Positions 39,024 through 47,088 of a stretch of 64,000 nucleotides of DNA are shown piece after piece. The translations under genes and the position numbers were made by a program. Numbering within the stretch: position 1 is the stretch's first letter; each line of letters opens with the position of its first letter. This DNA is from an uncultured Candidatus Saccharibacteria bacterium (GTDB lineage: Bacteria; Patescibacteriota; Saccharimonadia; Saccharimonadales; Saccharimonadaceae), in contig CAVVEW010000001.1 in assembly GCA_963747455.1 (NCBI GenBank), forward strand, positions 32,005-96,004, given 5' to 3'. The notes under the pieces are model-generated. The model saw nothing but the letters and a program-made list of their open reading frames with translations, did not search any database and had not been told where the DNA came from.

Positions 39024-39479
39024 CTATACGTGGTGGTAGCTACCGCCACGAGCAATCTCTTGGGACCGGTACAGCTGTTCTATGAGCATAAGTCGAACCA
39101 GCTGATGTGGAAATACCAGAGGTGAGAGTGACCAAATATAGTCTGCTCGTCGCCTGGAGTTTGTCACTGACTCCATAGGCGCCACCGATGACGAAGGTGA
39201 CGGATTGGCTGTGTGTGAAACGCGTATCGCAGTAGGTGGCAAGTCCTGGCGAGTCGAGCATGTTGCCGGTCTCATCGAGCAGTACGACGGCAGACGATGC
39301 ATCGAGCCGCTCGAGTATGCGCTCTGACTCTTCTTCGCGGGCTCTATCGCCCTCGAAGCTCGAATGTGGCAAGAGTTCCCATTTGACGTCCCATGGCTGC
39401 TTGAGGCGCTTTTGATAGCGTTCTATGCCGACTGAACCCAGTCTTCGTGCTTTTTGCCGATAGCGAGGATGGTAATCAT
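39024..39479 (-). CDS. rlmH: 23S rRNA (pseudouridine1915-N3)-methyltransferase RlmH (2 frameshifts)
   Basis: ATG 39479 overlaps the HIT stop (ATGA). [17 protein letters not shown] / [38 protein letters not shown] / ..[29 protein letters not shown] matches the SPOUT RlmH pattern. Confidence 0.7.
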
Positions 39480-39874
39480 TGGAAGCGGAGTTTCTCGGCC
39501 ATTGCTTCCAAGTCATCATTGTTCGCAGGATTTTGCATGTCTGGAATTTCTCTGTATTGTCCGCGGTCGAAAGGGAATATCTTTACATGTGCGTGGTTTT
39601 CGACATCTAGGCCTTCAATAATCACGCCGACTCGTTGCTTGTCTGGGAACGCCTCACGGAGTCGTTTGCCTACTTTATGCACAGTACTCATCAGCGCTTG
39701 GTATTCTTGCTCTTCAAGATCCCACACGAAGGGGACTTGTCGCTTTGGGACAACGAGGGTGTGGCCTGGTTGTATCGGATGAATGTCAAGAAATGCAAGC
39801 GTATTTTCATCTTCATAAATTTTTTGACACGAGATTTCGCCGTTGATAATCTTGGTAAAAATTGAATCTTCCAT
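39476..39874 (-). CDS. HIT-family (histidine triad) protein
   Basis: MEDSIFTKIINGEISCQKIYEDENTLAFLDIHPIQPGHTLVVPK...NHAHVKIFP. TATACT (39881-39886) lies 6 nt before ATG 39874. Confidence 0.75.
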   Translation of the reverse strand: MEDSIFTKIINGEISCQKIYEDENTLAFLDIHPIQPGHTLVVPKRQVPFVWDLEEQEYQALMSTVHKVGKRLREAFPDKQRVGVIIEGLDVENHAHVKIFPFDRGQYREIPDMQNPANNDDLEAMAEKLRFQ

Positions 39875-39926
39875 GCCCTCAGTATACACCCCGTATCTGT
39901 TATACTAGAAATCGAAGAACCACTAC

Positions 39927-40014
39927 GGAGAGGTGCAGGAGTGGTTGAACTGGCCGCTCTCGAAAAGCGGTAAGCCGCAAGGTTTCGAGGGTTCGAATCC
40001 CTCTCTCTCCGCCA
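39927..40014 (+). tRNA. tRNA-Ser (anticodon CGA)
   Basis: GGAGAGG acceptor, anticodon stem-loop CCGCT-CTCGAAA-AGCGG, long variable arm, T-arm GAGGG-TTCGAAT-CCCTC, CCA. Terminator hairpin at 40018-40058. Confidence 0.9.
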
Positions 40015-40093
40015 TGAGAAAACGTCTCGTCGGGCTTTCGTCCTAACGAGACGTTTTCTTTTTGTCAGAAAAGAGAAGGGATTTGAACCCAGG

Positions 40094-40186
40094 GGTTCGT
40101 GAAGCGAGCGATGCGAAGTATCGCGTGCGGAAATAGGAAGCCCCGCTACTCGCGGGCGCGACCGCTATCCCTCTCTCTCCGCCATG
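40094..40186 (+). repeat. tRNA-linked repeat E3: pseudo 3'-half of tRNA-Ser(CGA) split in the T-loop
   Basis: GGTTCG + 67-nt insert (TGAAGCGAGCGATGCGAAG...CGCGGGCGCGACCGCT) + ATCCCTCTCTCTCCGCCATG. The last 20 nt repeat 39997-40016. Confidence 0.6.
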
Positions 40187-40215
40187 CAAAACGACCCAGA
40201 AATGGGTCGTTTTGC
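40186..40215. terminator. 13-bp perfect hairpin, bidirectional terminator
   Basis: GCAAAACGACCCA gaaa TGGGTCGTTTTGC. Confidence 0.6.
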
Positions 40216-40228
40216 ATAATGTGGACTG

Positions 40229-41318
40229 CTACTTCAAAGCTTTGTTATACACATCAAGCGTTTGGGCCGCCATTTTCTCCCAAGAAAACGATGCGTGTCG
40301 AGCTTTTCCGCGAGTAATGAGGTCTTTTCGGAGTGTCTCGTCCGAAAGAACCATGTCGATCTTTTCGGCCATGTCGTCAACGTTCAGCGGATCGAAGTAG
40401 AGAGCGCCATCGTCGTATACCTCGGGTAGGCAACTCGCGTTACTGGAGATGACTGGCACAGCCGAATCCCATAGCCTCGAGTGCACCCAGGCCGAATCCT
40501 TCAAACAGCGAGGGTGTGACATATGCTGTTGCCTTGGTATAGAGGTAGTCACGTTCACCTTTCATCGCTTTGAGCGTAAAGTGAATGTTTTTATAGCCGC
40601 GTGACTCAAATAAGGCTTTGTTTGTGAGAACCGAAGGATCCGGGCCATTGACGAATACAAGTCCGAGATCGGGGTGTGTCTTGAGTAATTTCTGATGAGC
40701 CTCGGCGAGCCGGACAGTGTTTTTGTAGTCACTGTGTCGGCCTACATTGATGAGAAACCGCTTAAACGGTACGTCATAGCGAATCGGCTTGAATTGCCCA
40801 ATATCGGCTGCCTCATAGGTAACAAATACCTTCTCTGGCGGTAGTTTCGCGTAGGAGACCAGGTCATTCTTGGTGTATTCTGTCGGTGTGATGACGGCGA
40901 CAGAGTCGCGCGCTGCTTTTTTAAATACATGCCGACCGATAAGTTGTTTGGTCTTAAAGATAAGATAATTTTTGTCTGAGTTATAGACGCGAAGGAGCGT
41001 CAAATCGTGCACTGTCGTTACCTTGCGCCCCTTATACATGATTGGTTGCTGCGGCATGCAAAAATGAACTAAATCAGCATGAAGGGTGTCCAAAAACCGC
41101 TTGAATCCGAACTGCTCCTCTAGTGAATATTGATCAAAATCGGCGATTTGAACCGAGAAGTTCTTGGCGGTCGGTTTCCAAAAGTCCTTATCTTCTGACG
41201 GCACCAGAATGGTATAGCGATTTACGGTATCGATGCGCTGCAGGTAATGAAGTAACCGTTCAATATACGTTCCGGTTGTAGTATTTATCATACGTGCATC
41301 GATGACAATATGGCTCAT
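40229..41318 (-). CDS. glycosyltransferase family 4 (GT-B, group 1; frameshift near 40500)
   Basis: ORF 40440-41318 ends ..YVTPSLFEGFGLGALEAMGFG and continues in ORF 40229-40558 as ..VPVISSNASCLPEVYDDGALYFDP.. (the E-x7-E region of GT4 enzymes). Confidence 0.7.
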
Positions 41319-42656
41319 TTTTCAAACCCCAATCGTTGTTCTTCTGTTAAGAGTAATCCGGTTTCGCGGTGAAGACGCTTGGTTACGCCGCGAACAATCT
41401 TTTCTGCCACGTGATCGCCATAGAGGTTTTGTTTGCGCATCGAATCATTGCCATAGGCGCCCTTGATGACTTCGAAGACGAACTCCTTGCTAAGTGGTGG
41501 CGCAGGAATATTTGCACCCGCAAAGAACGACTCACTCCGGTCGGAGCCGAACCGAACAGTGACCGACGGAACACCGACTATATTTGCTTCTTCTTGAAAC
41601 CCGCCAGAGTCTGATACAACCACGCTGGAATGTTGTACTCAAGGCAATAATGTCACGGTGCAGCGCTATAGCAGGTGAGTAGATGAAGAGCTCAGGATAC
41701 TCGCGTTGCAATCGAGTAATATCATCGCGGAATCCGAACTTGTCGATGGCATCTTCTGTCGAGAGGAGGGAGAGGAACAGCACTCTGTAACCATTGGCGA
41801 CGAGCTCCTCGACTGTCTGCATGATAATTGTGAAGCGGTTTTTGTCATAAATATTTTCTCTACGATGAATCGACATAAGTATATACTCGCCATCTGCGAG
41901 CTGTGTAAACTCTTCAAATATTGTAGAATCTTTCGCCGCCTCGATAGCCCGAAAGGTCGCGTCAGTGATGGTATTACCGACTACTTCTACCTTCGATGGA
42001 TCGACACCCTCTGCGATCAGCTGCTGCTTGTTTAGCTCGACTGGAGCAGCGCAATAGCCCGAAGCGGGCTCAGTCATGCGGGTATTCATTTGTTCGGGGA
42101 ATGGTTCGACACTTCCGAGCGAGTAATTTGTAGGATCTTGCATGGCCCCGTAGTACTCATCCCAATCAAATGTGCCTGCTTGTAGGGCATCGTAGAATTG
42201 GTGGTACACTTCTTTTTTCGGGGTCAGTGTACGGATACCAGCCTCGACATGTACGCAGGAAATTTTATGAAGCATCGCCGCGAATGAAATCGCAGAAGCT
42301 GTAGAGGTATCTCCATGCACATAGGGGACCGGTATGTTACCTTGTTCGGTCAATACAGTGAGTATTTCGCTAAAACGCTCGATCATTTGAACGGTTTTTT
42401 GGGGCCAGTCACCATTGATCCCGAGCCGAATATCGACTTCTAGGCCGAGCTCTTGCTCTACGCCACCACTGTAATTGTAGTCATAGTGTTGGCTGGTGTG
42501 GCAAAGCAGTACGGTTTCGCCCTGTTTGATCAGCTCGTGATAGATTGGAGCTTGCTTGATAATATCTGGTTTTGTACCAATGGTCACAATGTGCACGAAG
42601 TGGGCATTCTTCGTTTTTTCTATGGCTTCTGGTGTCATGTATGTGGATGTATGCAT
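41315..42656 (-). CDS. UDP-N-acetylglucosamine 2-epimerase-like (WecB family; frameshift near 41600)
   Basis: VHIVTIGTKPDIIKQAPIYHEL..TSQHYD...VHGDTSTA..VEAGIRT in ORF 41532-42656. ..VVSDSGGFQEEANIVGVPSVTVR.. in ORF 41315-41623. Confidence 0.65.
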
Positions 42657-42721
42657 CGGGCCTTCGTTATCGTAATAATCTCACCATACTATACAGGAGC
42701 TAAAACTATAGATAAAGCTGG

Positions 42722-43859
42722 CTATACTCGTTTAGACCGAGCGTCAATGTAGTCGATAATCTTTTGTTTGAAGGCAGAAACATCGAAACGCTCGGAGCTT
42801 TCATGAAGGCTATTTACATCAAAAGTGATTGATTCAGCTTGTTGAATAGCCCCGACAACGCTCTCGACAGTTTGCTGATCAAACAAGACACCGGTTTTTC
42901 CATCTGTCACGATATCGAGGGCGCCACCAACGCCATACGCAATCACGGGCGTTCCACCTGCCATCGCCTCTACAGGAGTAATACCGAAGTCTTCCTCGGC
43001 GGGAAATAGCAAACCGCGGGCAGTGTTGTATGCTTCGGTGATACGGGCCTGGTCCACGGCCGAGGGTGTTCCTGGATAAAACGACACGGTTGGCCCGGCC
43101 AGCGCGACGAGCTTGGTCATGTTCGCTGCCGTCGCCAAACACCCGAAGCGGCAAAGAAAGTTCATTCGCGGCCAAGATTGCAAGGTCGAGCCGCTTGTAG
43201 GGAATATGACGCGAAAGTGCCATATAAAAATCACTTCGTTTTTTTGAAGGCGTAAATCGCTTTGTGTCGACAGGCGGATGTATCACATCGGCGTTTCGCT
43301 CATAGTACTGTTGTATGCGACGAGCCACGCTACTAGAGTTGCCTATAAAATAGTCTACCGATTGAGCGGCCTGAAAGTCGGCGCGCTTAAGGCGAGGAAC
43401 AAAGAGCGGCATCGTGAGCCGGATGAGCCAGTTCAGCCTCCCAAAGCCGGGGTCGGATCGGTATTGCTCGTAATGGCTCCAGTAGTAACGAATCGGCGTG
43501 TGACAGTAGCAAATATGTACTTGGTCGTCGCGCGTTTTGCGGACCTGTTTTGCTTCGGCGCTAGCGCTCGAAAGGATGACATCGTACTCCGACAGGTCAA
43601 GCTTGCGAAATGCATGAACACGAAGCATGGGAAAAAACTTATGCAGCTTGCGCAAGGGGCGCGGCAATCTTTGTAGATATGTTGTTCGTACGTCGGCATT
43701 TGCAAACGCCGGAACGTATTCCGGGGTGTATACGCTGGTATAAATTGGCGCGTCAGGGAAGGCCTCGTGAAATGCGAGCACTACTTTTTCTGCGCCGCCC
43801 ATGTTTGTCAGCCAGTCACAAACGATCGCTACTCTAGGTTGGGATTTTGTCGTACTCAT
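42722..43859 (-). CDS. glycosyltransferase family 4 (frameshift near 43180)
   Basis: ORF 42879-43859 (N-terminal domain, VAIVCDWLTNMGGAEKV) plus ORF 42722-43234 (..LLFPAEEDFGITPVEAMAGGTPVIAYGVGGALDIV..). Confidence 0.7.
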
Positions 43860-43886
43860 AAGCTCGGGTATAATTATATACTAGCT

Positions 43887-44312
43887 ATGAAAAGAATTAT
43901 TGTTAGTGGATACTTCAATCCACTTCATGTCGGTCATCTGGAAATGATGGAAAACGGTCGCCAGCTCGGCGACTACCTTATTGTGATTGTGAATAACGAT
44001 CAGCAACAGCTGCTGAAAAAAGGCAAGATTATCATCCCAGAGCAAGAGCGTCTACGTATTGTGCGCGCACTGAGAATTGTTGACGAAGCAGTTCTGTCGA
44101 TTGACTCCGATTCGCCAGTTTCGAATACCATCCGCCAATTAGCCGAAAAATATCCTTCGGACGAACTGTTATTTGGAAATGGCGGAGACAGAAACACACA
44201 AAAAGCCGTGCCTGAAACCGCTGTGTGTGAAGAATTTGGTATCGAAATGCGTTTTGACCTAGCGGGGCAGCTGGATTCGTCTACGCGAATCAATCAAGAA
44301 CTTGATCGCTAA
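43887..44312 (+). CDS. cytidylyl/adenylyltransferase-family protein (HxGH nucleotidyltransferase)
   Basis: MKRIIVSGYFNPLHVGHLEMM carries the GxFxxxHxGH motif. 141 aa. TATAAT at 43869-43874. Confidence 0.6.
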   Translation: MKRIIVSGYFNPLHVGHLEMMENGRQLGDYLIVIVNNDQQQLLKKGKIIIPEQERLRIVRALRIVDEAVLSIDSDSPVSNTIRQLAEKYPSDELLFGNGGDRNTQKAVPETAVCEEFGIEMRFDLAGQLDSSTRINQELDR

Positions 44313-44352
44313 CTGTTATTCACGGTTCAGCGGTATGCTATAGTCTAGATTA

Positions 44353-45786
44353 ATGCGCCGATTGGGTAAATTAGAAGTAATTGCATTTGTCACAGGATTT
44401 AGTCTGATGGCGTTTGAGCTTGCTGCTGCTCGTATACTTGCTCCAACAATTGGCAGCTCAACATATGTATGGACGAGCGTGATTGGTGTGATCATAGCGG
44501 CACTCAGTGTCGGATATTATGCCGGTGGCATCGTCGCCGACAAGCGCAACTTGGCAGCCGACGTCGCCTGGATGTTGCTCTGCTCGGCGGCTACCGTAAC
44601 GCTGACACTGCTTATTTACGAGGATCTACTCGATTCTGCGATGCACTGGCAGGTCGACGTACGCTTGCAGGCGGTGATCGTCGCGACGGCGCTGTTTGCG
44701 CCAACCAGTTTTGTGCTGGGCATGATTAGCCCATATCTTGCCAAGCTCAATGTTCGTTCACTATCTGCGTCGGGACGGTCTGTTGCATCACTGAGCGCGC
44801 TCAATTCTATCGGTGGCATCGCCGGTACGTTTGTGACAGGGTTCATTCTATTTAGTTATATCGGCTCTCGGGAAACAATCGTACTCGTTGCGCTCATGCT
44901 CCTGGTGGCTAGCTGGGTTATAGTGCCAGAGTATAGGCGTCGTTTGCGAATTGGACTGACTGCTGCGGTGCTCGTTATCATTTTTTTCTCGGATAGCTCG
45001 GTCGAGGACAGTTACTCATTCGCGCTCGAAACGCCGAGCGCACATTATGAAGTACAAGAATTCGTCTATGACGGCCTACGTGTTCGCGGTATCAGGACGG
45101 GCCCGGGAAGTATCCAGTCTGGAGTCGATATGAGTGGTTCGAGCACGCCGGTGTTTTGGTATACCCAGCAGCTCGCCCAGCTGACTCTCGACGAACAGCC
45201 GCAGCGGGTACTCGTACTGGGTGGGGGAGCATTTACGTTGCCAGAGTATCTGGGGGAGCAACTGCCAGAGGCTACTATAGATGTCGTCGAAATCGACCCG
45301 GATCTCGCACCAATCGCGCGAAACTTCTTTTATTATGACGATCCGAGCAATGTGAATCTCATATTTGACGATGCGCGCGCCTATATAAACCAGACGGATA
45401 AGCGTTACGATGTGATCATCGTCGATGTGTATGGCGATACGAGTATTCCGTTTTCACTCATGACGCGCGAATACGGCGAGGCAATCGCCGCACACCTACA
45501 AGATGACGGTGTCGTGCTGGCTAATATCGTCGGAGGTACGGTTGGCGAGTGCAGAGGGGTGTTTGATGCTTTGAGCTCAACGTATCTGAACGAGTTCAAG
45601 TACGGTCGGTACAGTACTCAGCAGCCATCGCGCGAGTTGCGCCGAGGCAATATCATAGGAGTGTATACCAATCGCGATGATGTCGACTACGGTGTGCCAA
45701 TAAAACGCATAAACAAGACGGTGTATACCGACAACTTCACGCCGTCCGAACGCCTGTACTACCAATGTCTCGCGGCTACGACGTAA
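44353..45786 (+). CDS. membrane-fused spermidine-synthase-like (aminopropyl/methyltransferase fold) protein
   Basis: N-terminal half has at least 6 TM helices. The C-terminal half has VLVLGGGAFTLPEYL...IDVVEIDP...YDVIIVDVYGD, the spermidine-synthase-type SAM-fold motifs. Confidence 0.6.
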   Translation: MRRLGKLEVIAFVTGFSLMAFELAAARILAPTIGSSTYVWTSVIGVIIAALSVGYYAGGIVADKRNLAADVAWMLLCSAATVTLTLLIYEDLLDSAMHWQVDVRLQAVIVATALFAPTSFVLGMISPYLAKLNVRSLSASGRSVASLSALNSIGGIAGTFVTGFILFSYIGSRETIVLVALMLLVASWVIVPEYRRRLRIGLTAAVLVIIFFSDSSVEDSYSFALETPSAHYEVQEFVYDGLRVRGIRTGPGSIQSGVDMSGSSTPVFWYTQQLAQLTLDEQPQRVLVLGGGAFTLPEYLGEQLPEATIDVVEIDPDLAPIARNFFYYDDPSNVNLIFDDARAYINQTDKRYDVIIVDVYGDTSIPFSLMTREYGEAIAAHLQDDGVVLANIVGGTVGECRGVFDALSSTYLNEFKYGRYSTQQPSRELRRGNIIGVYTNRDDVDYGVPIKRINKTVYTDNFTPSERLYYQCLAATT

Positions 45787-45832
45787 TCCTGATATAAAAA
45801 TAACTCACAGTATATGTGAGTGTGGTGGGTGG

Positions 45833-45865
45833 CCGGACGAGAGAGCGACGTGCTCTCTCGTCCGG
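45833..45865 (-). terminator. 14-bp GC-rich hairpin terminating the GC-rich islet genes
   Basis: CCGGACGAGAGAGC gacgt GCTCTCTCGTCCGG. A second hairpin CTCACA-gtatat-TGTGAG and a T-run follow on the minus strand. Confidence 0.6.
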
Positions 45866-45880
45866 CGTGCACCCGGTGGA

Positions 45881-46282
45881 TCAGGCGGTCTGGGCGTCGA
45901 CGCGGGATGCGACGACGATGTAGCCGATCTCGTTGTCCTTGCAGAACTGCACGAACGCCTCGTAGATCTTCGTCTTCGTGCGGATGCAGAGGCTGGCCGG
46001 CACGGTGCTGTCACCGTAGGCCAGGGCGTAGATGTAGTCGAACACGAGCACGTCGTGCTCGGGGTTCGCCCAGCCCTCCTCGGCCTGCATGGCCTTCACG
46101 ATGTCGCCGAAGGCCTCGATCTGACCGGGCGTCAGCGGCGCGTCCTTGATGACGATGGTCTTGCCGGCCGTGTCCATCTTGGCAGCGCTACGGTTGCCCT
46201 TCTTGAAGGGCTTGCGCCCACGGCGGGTGGACTTCTTGGCCTTGGCCAGGCTCTTCGTGGCCATCTCGGTGTTAGCGGTCAT
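45881..46282 (-). CDS. GC-rich orphan protein, 133 aa, Lys/Arg-rich N-terminal tail
   Basis: GGAAGGA then ATG 46282. MTANTEMATKSLAKAKKSTRRGRKPFKKGNRSAAK.. plus a globular C-terminal domain. Line 46081-46140 is 42/60 G+C, against 15/60 in flanking line 46321-46380. Confidence 0.5.
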   Translation of the reverse strand: MTANTEMATKSLAKAKKSTRRGRKPFKKGNRSAAKMDTAGKTIVIKDAPLTPGQIEAFGDIVKAMQAEEGWANPEHDVLVFDYIYALAYGDSTVPASLCIRTKTKIYEAFVQFCKDNEIGYIVVASRVDAQTA

Positions 46283-46332
46283 GGCAGGGATCCTTCCGGG
46301 TGCTAATCGCCGGGTGCGATTATGTATATATA

Positions 46333-46363
46333 ATATTACTACAAATAGCAAGAAAAGTCAATA
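46333..46363 (-). promoter_or_regulatory. sigma70-type promoter, conserved cassette copy d
   Basis: Minus strand reads TATTGACTTTTCTTGCTATTTGTAGTAATAT. -35 at 46356-46361, 17-nt spacer, -10 at 46333-46338. Confidence 0.5.
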
Positions 46364-46453
46364 CTCCAGAAAAGGAAACAGGCTCACCGACGGAGCTCTA
46401 GCTGATGGATCGAATCCATCGGCAAGCCTGTTTCCGTACGGTGAGCCGTTGGC

Positions 46454-46672
46454 TCAGGACTGCTGGCCGATGCGCGCCTTCTCGGCGCGCTTCGCCTCGC
46501 GCTCTTCGTGCTTGGCGAGTCGCCTCTTGATCTCACCAGCTGACTGGCTGACCATGAGGACGACACCGATGCAAACCACGACGGTGCCAAGTCGGTCGAA
46601 CTCCAGTCCGGCGCGGGCCAGGGCCCAGAGGAACAGCATGGCGCCGATGGTACGAGTGATCATTACTGCCAA
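46454..46672 (-). CDS. GC-rich small membrane protein, 72 aa
   Basis: MAVMITRTIGAMLFLWALARAGLEFDRLGTVVVCIGVVLMVSQ (two hydrophobic helices) plus a basic tail EIKRRLAKHEEREAKRAEKAR. Confidence 0.4.
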   Translation of the reverse strand: MAVMITRTIGAMLFLWALARAGLEFDRLGTVVVCIGVVLMVSQSAGEIKRRLAKHEEREAKRAEKARIGQQS

Positions 46673-46714
46673 CTTTCGTCGAGGGATGTATCCAGGCGAG
46701 TCCTGGTCTATTTC

Positions 46715-46745
46715 ACAATATCACAAATAACAACAAAAGTCAATA
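46715..46745 (-). promoter_or_regulatory. sigma70-type promoter, conserved cassette copy e
   Basis: Minus strand reads TATTGACTTTTGTTGTTATTTGTGATATTGT. -35 at 46738-46743, 17-nt spacer, -10 TATTGT at 46715-46720. Confidence 0.45.
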
Positions 46746-46771
46746 TACACTTACTGTCAACACAAGCTTAA

Positions 46772-46818
46772 GCACTACATATAGCGTTGTAAATATGAAA
46801 CACACCACTATATAGCAC
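46772..46818. promoter_or_regulatory. NrdR-box pair 1
   Basis: GCACTACATATAGCGT (46772-46787, 13/16 to acaCwAtATaTwGtgt) and CACCACTATATAGCAC (46803-46818). Centres are 31 bp apart. Confidence 0.6.
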
Positions 46819-46886
46819 TTCTTGGGGTAGCGTAAGCAACTTAGCATTAGTTCGTTGTATTTTGTGTCAATTTGCCTATAAAAGTC

Positions 46887-46940
46887 TTGCAAATCACATA
46901 TCTAGCGTCCATAATGCTACGCAGACGCTACATATACAGT
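46887..46940 (+). promoter_or_regulatory. nrdA promoter overlapped by NrdR-box pair 2
   Basis: -35 TTGCAA (46887-46892), 17-nt spacer, -10 CATAAT (46910-46915). Box ATCACATATCTAGCGT fills the spacer (46893-46908) and box ACGCTACATATACAGT lies at 46925-46940. Centres are 32 bp apart. Confidence 0.6.
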
Positions 46941-47088
46941 AGTGCAATGAAAAACACACATTTGCAAGCGGGAGGACATATTCTCACCTGGATTCGCCAG
47001 GGGCTTATGTTCTTGCTTGCAAAGAGACGCTTTGGGAGGTGTCGGTGTGGAGGGTATAACAATCTAACTAACAAAAAAGGACTAGGGA

